A stretch of 64,000 nt of DNA from Neodothiora populina (lineage: Eukaryota), in contig NW_027191402.1 in NCBI RefSeq assembly GCF_041146345.1, positions 496,001-560,000 of the forward strand. The letters are read 5' to 3'. The notes under the pieces are model-generated. The model was not told the origin of the DNA and ran no database searches. It saw only the letters and a list, made by a program, of their open reading frames with translations. Positions 36,051 through 48,253 of this stretch are shown one piece after another; positions within the stretch are counted from its first letter, which is position 1, and every line of letters begins with the position of its first letter. Position numbers and translations under genes: made by a program.

Positions 36051-38366
36051 ATGTCTGCACAAACACCGCGACAGGTGAGAGATGCGCGCAGGACGACCAA
36101 TGCGCTTTCGTCACCAAATCCCCGTCTGCCATTCGGTGCAACAACTTCGGCTTCAGTAAACAGAAGAGCATCATCCTTGATGCCTCAAGCTGGCAACAAG
36201 CCCATGACACCGCGAAGCAACATGATGGACTCTGATCTGGCTGTCGGCGACATCGTCGACGTGCCAGGCGATATGTATGGCACGGTCAAATTCATTGGCA
36301 GCGTGCGAGGGAAACAGGGCAGGTTTGTGGGTGTCGAGCTCAGCAGAGAGTTTGCGGCCAAAGGCAAGAACGACGGCGACGTGGATGGGTGAATCTGCTC
36401 TTTCCCTCTTACTGTCACCTGCACCTGCAGTATCTTGGGAAGCAGCGTCTGGCGCACAGAAGACTACGGACATATCGCTGACAAGACGCCTCCTTTTAGG
36501 ACGAGTTACTTTGACACTTCCATTCCCGGTGCTGGAATCTTCCTGCCAGTCCACAGAGCTGAGAGGCGCAGTTCGCCGGCGCTGAGCTTCGATGACTTCC
36601 CTGGCACGCCCACCACACCGTCATATGGCTCGTATAGGGGCAATCCCACCATCGTCGACGAGTATGCACCGCCTACTCCCGGCATACCCAAGTTTTCTCA
36701 GTCCATGGGGCCTGGAGCCCGACCTCCTAGCCCACAGTTCAAGCCCAAGTCACGCCCCTCGCTGCCTCGTCCCGAGTCGCCCCTGCGCAAGCAGCCAACA
36801 CTGGCTCCTACCCCTGCTCGCAACTTCTCTATGAGCCACCGTGGCTCCGTCCCTCCCAAGCTCTCAGCAAGCCCAGCCCCGCCAAGGTCTGTCACACCCA
36901 GAGCTGCGTCAACAACCCGTGGACCTGCTCCGTCTCGTCCCTACTCCCGCAATGGATCGCGCCTCGGTCACCGCGACGAGAATCCCTTAGGGAGAAGCGT
37001 TGCAGGAGGCGGTCCTCCGTCGTTTGCTGCTTCGCGCCGGTCTCCGTCGCGCCAGGTCAACACCGAACAAGATGATGAGATCAGACGACTGTATGAGCAG
37101 CTCCAAGACAAGGACAGACAACTCAAAGACCAGGCCGAGTCTCTCGCAGAGATGGACGCTAGTCTCAAGGAGATCCAATCGCTGATTCCCTCAGGGGAAG
37201 AGGCCGACGGTGAAGAGGCTAGCGGCGATGTCGCGGCGCTGCGCCAGGCCCTGCGCGAGAAGAACGACAAGATCCAGTCTCTCGTGGCAGAGTTTGATGC
37301 ACATCGCGCAGACTTCCGCAGCACAATCGACACGCTGGAGCTTGCTTCAGCCGAGACCGAGCGCGTCTACGAGGCAAGAGTGGGCGAGCTGCTCGCCGAG
37401 CTGCAAGAGCTGAGGGATCTCGGACATGGGCGCGAGGAAGTCGAACAGGTCGCTCAGCAGCTTAGGAGTCTCGAAGAGCTGGTCGCCGAGCTGGAGGACG
37501 GACTGGAAGACGCCAGACGAGGAGAGGCCGAAGCCCGGGGCGAGGTCGAGTTCCTGAGAGGAGAAGTCGAACGTGGCCGCAGCGAACTCAGACGCGAGCG
37601 AGAAAAGGCTGCCAAAGCTCTGCAGGGTGCCAAAGAGGTCGAGGGAATGCAGACCAGAGACAAAGACATGGAGACCAAGGACGATGAGATCCGTGGCCTC
37701 AAGGCCATCATCCACTCTCTGAGCTCAGGACCTGAAGCCGGAAGCCCCATAGGCCGCAACCTGCACACCCCCTCACAGTCCACCGACGTGGAAGAGCTAG
37801 GGCGCACACAAGCTGCCGTGCAACAGCTCGAGCGCGAGAAGTCCGAGCTACAAGGACTAGTGGAGCGAAAAGCGTTTCGAGAAGAGGAGCTCGAGCGCGC
37901 CATCGAGCAGCTACGGAGGGCAGCGGAAGAAGAGAAGAGCAGTCTTATGAACGACTCTTCCTTGCCTTCGTCTGGTATGCACCGCCGCATCAAGACAATG
38001 TCTCCTATAACGACCCGTCACCAGCCCCTGACCGCCCAAGCACCGCACCACGAGGACGACCACGACGATCTGGACGAGCATGTTGACGCCGCAACTGAAG
38101 AAGAAGACGACCACGACCACGACCACGAAGTCGACCAGAAGCTGCACGAGCTGGATCTCAACTCGGCTAATGGTGGAGGTCTTGACGAAAGCATGGAACC
38201 CTCTGATGAAGAAGATATGGATGAGCACATCCACCGAGAGCAAGCTAATGGCAGTCATGCAGCCGCGGCACCACCAGCGCTGGCAAACGACGTGGATGCG
38301 GACAAGTGGTGTGCGTTATGCGAAAAAGACGGACATTTGGCATTCGACTGTCCAGAGGAACTGTGA
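36051..38366 (+). CDS. CAP-Gly/coiled-coil/zinc-knuckle microtubule plus-end protein (CLIP-170/Bik1/Tip1-like)
   Basis: GTVKFIG..FVGVEL..GKNDGDVDG|TSYF across intron 36389..36499, long coiled coil, terminal WCALCEKDGHLAFDC. Start could instead be ATG 36222. Confidence 0.85.
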
Positions 38367-38583
38367 GCGTCAGGCGTGCACAGCAAAACCATGATCATGC
38401 ACATGTGGGCACTGTGTTGTCTATATGGGTCAGGCAAAGCAGACTTGAGGGGTTTCCGCCTTCTTCTTCGTGTGATATGCCCGACAGTCTTCTCTAATCA
38501 TCATGTCTATATCTATAATTACATATTCTTTTCCCCAGAACTCCCTTTTATGTATATATACATTTATGCTTGAAGATGCCATC

Positions 38584-40307
38584 TCACGGAACCTCAACAT
38601 CGTCATCATCAACATCATCGCCGCCACCAAACCCGAAATGGAACCCACTCTCCGCCTCATCAGCATCCTGCGGCTTGGTAAGCTCCTCCCATCTCGCCTT
38701 GGGTCCCTTGGCGAGCCTCTCGAGCTTCGGCAACGCTTCCTCGAGCAGATCAGGCATTTGCTCTCGCAGCCTGCTCACGAACAGCTCATAGGGGTTCTCG
38801 ACGTCCTTGGAGAAGCCGCTGATCTGATCGGGCTTGTCGCGCAGGAAGTGCAAGACCGAGGGTAGTCTTTGGCGGGGCACGAAGTTTTGGGTCAATCTGT
38901 ACGGATTGGACATGTCAGCCTTTTACCTTTTCGTAGTTCACTGCATGTGGGAAGAACACATGAAGAGGAACTTACGCGATCGACTCGTCGAGATTGAGCA
39001 CCAGGTGGTACCATCCCGCAGGCACATACAAGAGCTCGCCTTGGCCACAGATGCCCTCGACGCAGCCTTCTGTGCGCCTGGCTTCGGCATGAAAGGCCAG
39101 CAGCCACTCGGCGATACTCAGCGGCGAAGTGACTTCGCTCTGGTCCTCGGAGACAAAGACGCCAGGAGGCGGCGGGATGGACGCCGAAGACGGGAACATG
39201 ATCCAGTACTTGCGTCCTGTCAGCACGGCGTTCCACGCACAGGTCGCGTTGGGATCCTTGTGGAAGGTGCTCCCGCTGCGTGCTGGTCCCACGATCATCC
39301 AGCGATGATCCGGACGCTGGGCCCCGAGGACGCTGAATAGATCCGGTCCGAAGAATGATGGTGCCCAGTAGGCTGCCTTGCGCTCGTCGGGGGCAGATTC
39401 GCCACTGCTTTCGCAGGCTGATGCTTCCGAGCTGTCGGCCACGCGGAGGTTCATCTTCTCTGCGAATTGGCGATCGAAGAGATACAGCGGGCTCTCGTCA
39501 CTGTTGTTTAGCATGTAGTCGACATATACTGAGAAAGGCCAGTCGACGGCCTCGGCCCGAAATTTTACGTCTCGGTATTGCTTCAGTAAAGTCGCTGTTG
39601 ACCAAGTCTTGTAGACAGGCCATTGCGTCGTTGGCTTGGTGATGATGAAAGGCTTGTCAGTCCAGTGGTCGGAGAAGTCATCGAAAGTGAGGTCGTCCAG
39701 ACGCTTGATCTGGTTGCGAGGGGGGATATTGGCAACGAATGGATCTAAAGGTACATGGGCACAGAAGAAAGGCCTGTGCAGCACGTCCGAGAACAGATTG
39801 CTGCAGTCTACCTCAGGCTCTCTCGTCTTTGGCTGTCCCAGCAAGGTGGACCTCCATGTACCCCTCCATTCAAAATCAGAGGGCGAGGACCTGTGAGCGG
39901 ATCTCAGCGTCGTGCTAGGGAAGAGAAAACAATTTTACGAGACGGCTGACTTACTCTACAAACAAGGCTCTCCATAGTTCTTCAGACCTAGTAAAGGCAT
40001 GCAACGCTCGACATGTTCCACCGAGACGAAGCAAGTCTGCCGCCTCCAAATACTCTAATAATTGAGCCAGGAGTTCGTCCGGCAGCAGTGCATACACGCC
40101 CGACGCGGCTTTGAGATTTACAGAGGCCGTGAAAGCATTACCCGAAGGACGGACACCGAGTGGATGTCTCTTCACAGCGGTAGCCTGTTGGCCATGTTCT
40201 GAATCCTCGATTGACGATGATGCTTGAGTAGTCTTGACTCTCTTCGAAGGACGTAGAGACAAGTCTTCGGAGTCATAGTCATCTATTAATGCTGCTGGCG
40301 GCGTCAT
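38584..40307 (-). CDS. F-box plus JmjC-domain protein (JMJD6-like 2OG/Fe(II) oxygenase)
   Basis: F-box LLPDELLAQLLEYL; JmjC DESPLYLFD, GPARSGSTFHKDPN, VPAGWYHLVLNL..IA|LTQNF; two introns. Confidence 0.9.
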
Positions 40308-40969
40308 GACTGATTTATCTAGTCACTGGACAGGGCAGGTGCCAGATTGATGCGGGGCGTTGCGTCGGCTTGGCGGTGACCACCTGCAGAGCAAATGTGT
40401 AAGTAGCCAATTATGCGACGAGGAGAGCAATCCAGTGCCAAATCAGACGGTCCAGATGAATGTCTACAAAGACTGATGGGTCACAGACCGGGGCCAGGAT
40501 AGTGTGAGACGTGAGATCTCTGAATCATATGCACGCAACAAGCACTAACATTTGGAGAGGAATCGGAGAGGGCATTGGGGAAGCAAACGGCAAATAGGGC
40601 ATGGCGCGCAAATTGTTCTGATAGACTATCTCAAAGTTCCAAGGTCCCTCCCATTCACCATTTTTCGCCGCCGCTTAACATTGCGCACGGACCAGGCGCT
40701 CAAAATTCTGCTCTCGGTCAAGGCGATTAAAAGGGCCCCTCTTGTGCACCGTCTCAGCTGTCATCTTTTCTACATCTTTTTGACAACTTCATATATCACA
40801 TCACACCAACTAGTACCTTTTTGACTCTCATATCTGAGAGTTTGGTTACTGGTTTTTTCCCCCAAGACAAAAGGAAGATATCAGCGGCGGCATCCATCTA
40901 GGATAACCCCCGCCTCCACAGCGCACATTTCGCATCAAAAAGTGCAAATCGCAAGAAAAACTCGCAATC

Positions 40970-42229
40970 ATGGCTTCCGGTCTTGAAGAGGTTCCCGAGG
41001 GTACGTCTCGACGATGAGATGAATGTGGATGAAAGCGCGCGCAATTGCTTTCTCGGCGCCTGAAGCCTCTCCTAAAGAGGCCACGCGAGAAAAGACTGTC
41101 ACCGCTGCATGTAACAAACAGCATGGGCTAACATTTACCGCCTCGTGTCACACAGGACAAATCGAGTCCAACTACGATGAGACCACCGACTCCTTCGATG
41201 CCATGAACCTCAAGGCTGAGCTCCTCCGTGGTGTCTACGCCTACGGTTTCGAGCGTCCTTCTGCCATTCAGCAGCGCGCCATCATGCCCGTCATTAAGGG
41301 TAAGTTTCATCCGTTTTAGTGCGCAAACCCCACGCACGCCCAGACGCTCGACCCTCCCCCCTGTCAATACTTGATTATCATACCACATGAAGTCATGGTG
41401 GAGGCAGCGAAACACAAACACGAACCCGAAATCTCACACGAACTGTGCAGGTCACGATGTTATCGCCCAGGCTCAGTCCGGTACCGGAAAGACCGCCACT
41501 TTCTCCATCTCTGTCCTCCAGAAGCTCGACCCCAACGTCAAGGCTTGCCAGGCTCTGATCCTTGCTCCCACCCGTGAGCTTGCCCAGCAGATCCAGAAGG
41601 TCGTCGTCGCCATCGGTGACTTCATGAACGTCGAGTGCCACGCCTGTATCGGTGGTACCAGCGTCAGGGACGACATGAAGGCCCTCCAGGACGGTCCTCA
41701 GGTCGTCGTCGGCACTCCTGGCCGTGTCCACGACATGATCCAGCGTCGCGTCCTCAAGACCGACTCCATGAAGATGTTCGTCCTCGACGAGGCCGATGAG
41801 ATGTTGTCTCGCGGTTTCACTGAGCAGATCTACGACATCTTCCAGCTCCTTCCCCAGTCTACCCAGGTCGTCCTCCTCTCCGCCACCATGCCCCAGGACG
41901 TCCTCGAGGTCACCACCAAGTTCATGCGTGACCCCGTCCGTATCCTCGTCAAGAAGGACGAGCTCACCCTCGAAGGTATCAAGCAATTCTACATTGCCGT
42001 CGAGAAGGAGGAGTGGAAGCTTGACACCCTCTCCGATCTTTACGAGACCGTCACCATCACCCAAGCCGTCATCTTCTGCAACACCCGCAGAAAGGTCGAC
42101 TGGCTCACCGACAAGCTCACTGCCCGTGACTTCACCGTCTCCGCCATGCACGGTGACATGGACCAGGCTCAGCGTGATGTCATCATGAAGGAGTTCCGCT
42201 CTGGATCTTCCCGTGTCCTCATCGCCACT

Positions 42230-42267
<38 letters not shown>

Positions 42268-42522
42268 CCTGGTCATCAACTACGATCTCCCCGCCAACCG
42301 CGAGAACTACATCCATCGCATCGGTCGTGGTGGACGTTTCGGCAGGAAGGGTGTTGCCATTAACTTCGTTACGGCTGATGATGTACGAATGATGAGAGAG
42401 ATTGAGCAGTTCTACAGCACCCAGATCGAGGAGATGCCCATGAACGTTGCTGGTGAGTCGATTCCTGGACACACCTTTTCATTCTTGACAAATACTGACT
42501 TGTCGATACAGATCTCATCTAA
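40970..42522 (+). CDS. TIF1: Translation initiation factor eIF4A (DEAD-box helicase)
   Basis: [43 protein letters not shown]. Introns 41001..41155, 41300..41450, 42453..42511. Strong C-ending codon bias. Confidence 0.98.
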
Positions 42523-43093
42523 GCGCGAAAACCGATCGGTCTCTTTGATGGGCCACAGGATAGGCAGGACTTGCAGGCCGACGTGGCTGCGGGTCTTTTG
42601 ATACGACGAGACGAGGATCTATCTATCTATGGTGTCGTTAGGTTTATGATACCGGGGATCCTTCTACACATGCATCTCGGCGTTTGTGATCGACTTTCCC
42701 AAAATGCGTCCAGAAGTTTTCTTAGATTAGGCTGGGTTCAGTTGCTCTCTATGCTTTCTATTACCAAAATGTTCATGTTCCAACGTTTATTTATCAACCT
42801 TTCGATCTATCTATTTATGTGCCTTTGTGACTAGTCGGCGCTGCTGCTTATTGACTACGGGCAAGCTTCAGCACCTCACTTCCCGCAGACCTTCAACAGT
42901 GCCGTTCGCGCCTGCTGTTCAAGGTCGGTCATATACATGGTTGCTCTTTCCTGCTGAACAGCAAGACAATTACAGGAGGTATTCTGCAACTTCCGGTCGA
43001 GTGCAACCAGCACAACTATAATACACAACAGCCATCACCATAACTCGAAATACACCTTCGCGAACCTTGGTAAAGTCCTCGAGGCCCAACAAG

Positions 43094-43705
43094 ATGAACC
43101 ATCCATCGTACCCCAACGAACCGCGAGATCTACTCACTATGCATCAAATCAGGCGAGAACACAAAAGCCTGATGCAGTGGATGACGAGCCAGCAACAAGA
43201 CCAGACAAAAAGCATGAACGCTTTAGAAGCTCAACTCGAATCAACGACTGCAGACGTCACAAAAGCGGTCGAGCAGAGCATGCGCAGTGAGGTCAAAGAA
43301 GCGACGAGAGAAAGCGAGGAGAGGTTCCTGAGTCTGCTAGATGACATGAACAGGAAGCACAGGCGAGAATTGAGTGAGACCGACGAGAGGTACTCGCGTG
43401 CTTTGAGGGAGACAACGGCAAGCTTCGAACAGAAATTGACACAAGAGGCCGAACACCGCAAGCAACTGGTCGCTAAGGTGGAGACTCTAGAAGGACAGAT
43501 CCAAACCCATGATGCATATCGAGTCGACGACCGTACACGTCACCCAGGGACCGGCGTGTCACGTACTACGAATCAATCTACTTCTGCTCCACGAGCCACT
43601 GCAGCGACGACTACCCCTGTACAGACTATCCCTGTACATGTGGGGAAAATTATATCAAGGGGACGTGGCCGAAACACATTTCGACGGGACAGAAGATTAG
43701 CCTAG
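43094..43705 (+). CDS. Hypothetical coiled-coil protein (about 203 aa)
   Basis: Single ORF from ATG 43094 with an E/Q/K/R-rich heptad pattern and a T-rich basic tail; no recognised domain. Confidence 0.6.
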   Translation: MNHPSYPNEPRDLLTMHQIRREHKSLMQWMTSQQQDQTKSMNALEAQLESTTADVTKAVEQSMRSEVKEATRESEERFLSLLDDMNRKHRRELSETDERYSRALRETTASFEQKLTQEAEHRKQLVAKVETLEGQIQTHDAYRVDDRTRHPGTGVSRTTNQSTSAPRATAATTTPVQTIPVHVGKIISRGRGRNTFRRDRRLA

Positions 43706-43953
43706 GTAAGCGAAAGGTGTAACGACTTCAAGAAGTCGTTCGAGCAGGGGGTGGCCATCCTCGAGCTGTGGATGTGGTATGGTGAGTCTGCTGTTGCATG
43801 GGACTTGTGGAGATGATAGCAAAGAAAGAGACATGGACGTATAAAGAGGTCAAGCAACGGAACAGGCGAAGCATTCTAATTTCGGGGGTTGAGGGACGGT
43901 CCAAGTGAGCATCACGAGGTGACTTAGTTGAGGATTTGAACTGTTGCTTACGT

Positions 43954-44724
43954 CTAAGTCTCCGCGAATGCATATGGACCTTCCCGATCTGCCACCTTGA
44001 CCTCCAATTTTGCCTCTTCGAGCTCCTTGCCATTGACCGACAAGCCAGCGGTGATAACATCACCGGTTGTGACTGGACCCACACCCTTGGGAGTACCAGT
44101 CAGAACGATGTCGCCCTTCTCGAGTGTCATGACCTTGCTGATGTCGCTCAACTGTCTGGGGATGCGGAAAAGCATGAGCTCGGTGTTGTCGCTCTGCTTG
44201 AGTTCGCCATTGACACTGAGGTGCAACAGAACATTGTGCGGGTCTGGAATGGCGGACTTTGCGATAGGGCCAGCGATAGGCAAGAAAGTGTCAAAACCCT
44301 TGGCAATGCTCCAAGGCAAACCCTTCTTCTTGGCCTCATCTTGCACATTACGACCAGTCATGTCGATGGTGAGGAGATATGACTCAATGGCATCCATGGC
44401 TCCTTGGTGGTCTTCCGGGTCAAGATCGCGCACCGTCTTGCCAATGACGAGACCGAGCTCGACCTCATAGTGCAAGTTGACGCCTCTGGGTCTCAAGATA
44501 GGACCCTGACCAGGGAGGAGGATGGACGAAGAAGGCTTCAGGAAGAAGAAGGGCTGTTTGGGGCGCTGGTTGTTGAGTTCCTTGACATGGTCGGCGTAGT
44601 TGCGACCAATGCACATGACCTGGGAGAGCAGAGTGGTAAGTCGTGAGTGGTCGGACTTTTAGTATACTGAGCTCGCTGGGGTTACCTTGCGGCAGCTGGA
44701 CCTGATAGCGTTCAAGGAGGCCAT
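43954..44724 (-). CDS. FMP41: Fumarylacetoacetate hydrolase family protein (FAHD1/Fmp41-like)
   Basis: RK|VMCIGRNYADH, FFLKPSSS, LHYEVEL, PWSIAKGFDTF, GDIVLTGTPKGVG; intron 44620..44685. Confidence 0.9.
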
Positions 44725-45317
44725 GTTTACGACTGATGGGTATACTCGAGACAAGCAGGTATACAAAGCTGGACAGGTGGTTAAGACAGTAAATATGTCT
44801 GCTGCAGCAGATCCACACGTGCGGCTAAGGGCGGTCTTAGGTAGCGGCAAGTACAACCTCAGCTGCCACTGTGCCACACCTCTCCACGCCTATCAGGCCG
44901 TCAAGTCAATTCCATGTGGGGACGGGAAATTAGACCGAGTAGAGTGTAGCGGCATCCAATTGCGTGCGATTCAAGGACAAGAACGACAATATTTGTATAT
45001 GCAATTAGGCTATGCACACTCTGCAATTGCCTGCTATATGATTTGTAGACGCTGCAGACCGCCCGTCTCTGCTTCTGTTCTTGATGGTCTTCCATTTCCC
45101 ATAGACGAAGTAGGTAAGTTGACCATGTTTACAGCGCGTCGTTCGGGGGTTTATGGCGGCCGCCATTTGTTTATATAGACATGCATACATCCACTGTGCA
45201 GTAAGTCTAGCTCGACCTGTATCTTGCATAATATCAACGACCTTCCCACTTTTGTATCTTCAGCTCCAGCCTGTAGATTAGGTTGTCCTTGATTTCTCGG
45301 TGCTGGTCGCATGTCCG

Positions 45318-48041
45318 ATGGACACACACGTGTTAGACGCAGGTAAAACAGATAACCCCTCCATTCCCATCTCCATCTCCTATATTCACACCTGCCTCGA
45401 TGTATCGTTGTCTGACTATCTCTCTCGCACCTCATTAGTGGACTACGATCCTATCGACCACCTCAATGCAATCTTCTCGCATCCTTCCACACTCTCTTCT
45501 ACTCCACGGGTCTCGACCAGCCTCGCACGCTATCAGGGACAAGTAAATGATCATGTCGCCTCGCTGGTGTCACAGCAGACAGCCTCCGATGCCGACAGTG
45601 TCCGTCGCATCCAGGAGGCAAAAGCAGAGCTATCCGACCTCTTCGCTAAGATAGAAAGTGTGCGCGAAAGAGCACTCGAGACGGAGCGCTCTATAACAGA
45701 AATGACGGCCGACATCAAGCGCCTCGACGGCACCAAGCGCAATCTCACCCTGTCCATGACTGCACTCAAAAGACTCCAGATGCTCACGACGGCTTATGAT
45801 CAATTGCGCCTACTGTCAAAGACCCGCCAGTATCGCGACTGCGCTCATCTTCTCGAAGCTGTCATTCAGCTCATGGCACATTTCAAGAGTTACAGGAGCA
45901 TCGACCAAATCGCAACCCTCTCCAAGAACGTAGCAGACCTTCAGCGTCAACTTCTCGAACAGATATGTGAGGACTTTGAAGTCAGCTTCTCCAAGGGCAA
46001 TATGAACATTCCCGACAGCCGCGCGATGCTTTCTGATGCTTGTCATGTTATCGATGCCTTGGGAGAGCAAGCTCGGTCCCGCTTGATCAATTGGTACTGC
46101 AACACTCAATTGCGCGAGTATCGGAATGTCTTCCGCCCGACAGATGAGGCAGCATCCCTCGACAATATTGCAAGGCGCTACTCGTGGTTTCACCGCGCTC
46201 TCAAAACATATGATTCAGAGCACGCTCTCCTGTTCCCACCGCATTGGAGAGTCAACGAGATGCTTGCCAATGCCTTCTGTGAGAACACTCGCGAGGACTA
46301 CAAGGCCATACTGCAGCGCTCCATGCGCAGGACTGATGGCCAGCCCCCGGATGTCGAGCTCCTGCTGTCTTGTCTGCAAGAAACACTAGATTTCGAACAC
46401 TCCCTCGAGCGTCGTTTCGCTTCCGCAGAGGATCAACGCCTATCCATGGATACCGAGGTATCTTCAAAGGAAGAGAAGCAGCATGTTTTCAACCAATCCA
46501 TCTCTGAGGCTTTTGAGCCATATCTGAGCCTGTGGGTCGAATCGCAGGACAATCACTTGTCTTCGATCATCCCACGCTACCGACTGCAACCCATTCGAAA
46601 CCCCGACGACGAATTTCATCAGCAGATGGTCATCTCTTCCTCGACCGATTTGTTTCACTCATATCGCATCACCTTCGCACAGTGTGCAAAGCTATCTACA
46701 GGGACCCATCTCCTCGAGCTTGCCAAGATCTTTGCCAAATACCTGGATGTATATTGTCAGCAAGTACTGTACTATCTGTTGTGTGAGCGCAGTGGTCCCA
46801 GTGGCCCTTCGGTCGAGGATATCGTCATCATCTTGAACACAGCGGATTATTGCTATCAGACGACGACTCAGCTGGAAGAACGAATCAAGACTCGCATCGA
46901 CGCAAGCCTCCGGGACCGGATCGATCTACAGTCACAAGCCGACTCTTTCATGGGTATCGCGTCCACTTCGGTACGGACGCTGGTCAGGAAGGTGGAGATG
47001 GAGTGCGACGCCTCGTGGAGGGAGATGCGTAATGTGCCGTGGAGCAGAATGGAGAACGTCGGCGACCAGAGCCCCTACGTTTCCTCTTTGCTGACTGTCG
47101 TCAGAGAGCGGGCAGCAGAAATACTCAAGCATCTACACAAGCCACAATACGCTCGGGCGTTTTGCGATCACCTTGTCGATGCTCTGACCAACGCATACAT
47201 TACAACCCTCGTGGTATCCAGACCCGTATCAGAGACCGGCGCAGAGCAGATGCTGCTGGACTCGTACGTGCTGAAGAAGGGCTTCACCGAGCTTGCCACA
47301 ATCAACGCCGACCCCGGCACACCACCCAACTCACTCTTCGTCAAGCGCGTCAATCAAAGCATGGGCAAACTAGATCCCATCCTCAAAACACTACAAGTGC
47401 GCGCATCCCCTCCAGAGGGCCTAGTCCAAGCATACCTCATCCACCTGCGTGATCGCTCGGAAGCGAACTTCCGCAAAATCCTCGAGATCAAAGGCATAAC
47501 GCGAAAAGGCGACCAAGCGCACCTAGTTGAGCTCTTCAACGCGCACAAGTCCTCTCCGTCAAACCAAGGTCTCCAAGTCTCCAACCCCACCCTCGGCAAT
47601 CTCTCACTGCAAGCCACAGCCTCCTCCCTCGGCGGCGTCACGCCCGTCATCGGCTCGCTCCGAGACAGTAACAACAACAGCAGCGCAGCAGCAGCAGCCT
47701 CGCAGTCAACGCCGACTCTGACAGGCGGCACGCGCTTCGACCCGTCCACCTTCGGAACCGCTATCATCAATGCCGCGCGCGACGGCGTCGACCGCTTCGG
47801 CTCACCGGGCCACGCGGGCGGAGTGACATCTGCGTCTGCCGCCGTCAGCAGGACCACGAGTCCCCCGCCGCCTGGAGGAGGTGGTGCTGCATTGGGACTG
47901 GGACTCGGGGCTGAGACTGCTCATGCGAGTTTGAATGAGAATCTGAAGAAGATGGGGAATTTCTTTCGCAGAGATGTTAGTGGTGGGTTTGGAGGTTTTG
48001 GGAGGAGGGAGGAGGGGAGGAAGAGCTTTGAGCCGAGATGA
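45318..48041 (+). CDS. VPS53: GARP complex subunit Vps53
   Basis: MDTHVLDA|VDYDPIDHLN (intron 45343..45438), MTADIKRLDGTKRNLTLSMTALKRLQML, SLDNIARRYSWF, LNTADYC, GAEQMLLD. Confidence 0.93.
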   Translation: MDTHVLDAGKTDNPSIPISISYIHTCLDVSLSDYLSRTSLVDYDPIDHLNAIFSHPSTLSSTPRVSTSLARYQGQVNDHVASLVSQQTASDADSVRRIQEAKAELSDLFAKIESVRERALETERSITEMTADIKRLDGTKRNLTLSMTALKRLQMLTTAYDQLRLLSKTRQYRDCAHLLEAVIQLMAHFKSYRSIDQIATLSKNVADLQRQLLEQICEDFEVSFSKGNMNIPDSRAMLSDACHVIDALGEQARSRLINWYCNTQLREYRNVFRPTDEAASLDNIARRYSWFHRALKTYDSEHALLFPPHWRVNEMLANAFCENTREDYKAILQRSMRRTDGQPPDVELLLSCLQETLDFEHSLERRFASAEDQRLSMDTEVSSKEEKQHVFNQSISEAFEPYLSLWVESQDNHLSSIIPRYRLQPIRNPDDEFHQQMVISSSTDLFHSYRITFAQCAKLSTGTHLLELAKIFAKYLDVYCQQVLYYLLCERSGPSGPSVEDIVIILNTADYCYQTTTQLEERIKTRIDASLRDRIDLQSQADSFMGIASTSVRTLVRKVEMECDASWREMRNVPWSRMENVGDQSPYVSSLLTVVRERAAEILKHLHKPQYARAFCDHLVDALTNAYITTLVVSRPVSETGAEQMLLDSYVLKKGFTELATINADPGTPPNSLFVKRVNQSMGKLDPILKTLQVRASPPEGLVQAYLIHLRDRSEANFRKILEIKGITRKGDQAHLVELFNAHKSSPSNQGLQVSNPTLGNLSLQATASSLGGVTPVIGSLRDSNNNSSAAAAASQSTPTLTGGTRFDPSTFGTAIINAARDGVDRFGSPGHAGGVTSASAAVSRTTSPPPPGGGGAALGLGLGAETAHASLNENLKKMGNFFRRDVSGGFGGFGRREEGRKSFEPR

Positions 48042-48253
48042 GGGGTCGAGTCCTTTCTTTGACACTTTGGGGATATATCAAATGAACCAGCGAAGACCGA
48101 GGAGGTTCATATTCGTCAACATGGCATATAGCATGTGCGACGAGAGTTTCTCCAGGCGATCCCAAACCAGAGAGAGAGCTCATATATATGAACTACTATA
48201 ATAGCTATTTGCAACATTAATCCCGCAAAGGGCCGTTTTCCCTCTCCTTTGCA

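Noticed and set aside
41393..42472. 359-aa antisense ORF over eIF4A
   Set aside because: Expected by-product of strong codon bias (avoidance of TTA, CTA, TCA) in a highly expressed gene; no independent coding signal.
43688..43703. ACAGAAGATTAGC resembling the U6 snRNA core
   Set aside because: The ACAGAGA box is incomplete, the flanks do not match U6, and it lies inside an ORF.
10240..45438. Several short stop-free 3n introns (ChaC 60, Pro-rich 51, YTH1 57, Smr 60, GIM4 54, VPS53 96 nt)
   Set aside because: With roughly 45 introns, one third 3n and about 40% of short ones stop-free, this number is near chance. Only the 360-nt HAP3 case stands out.
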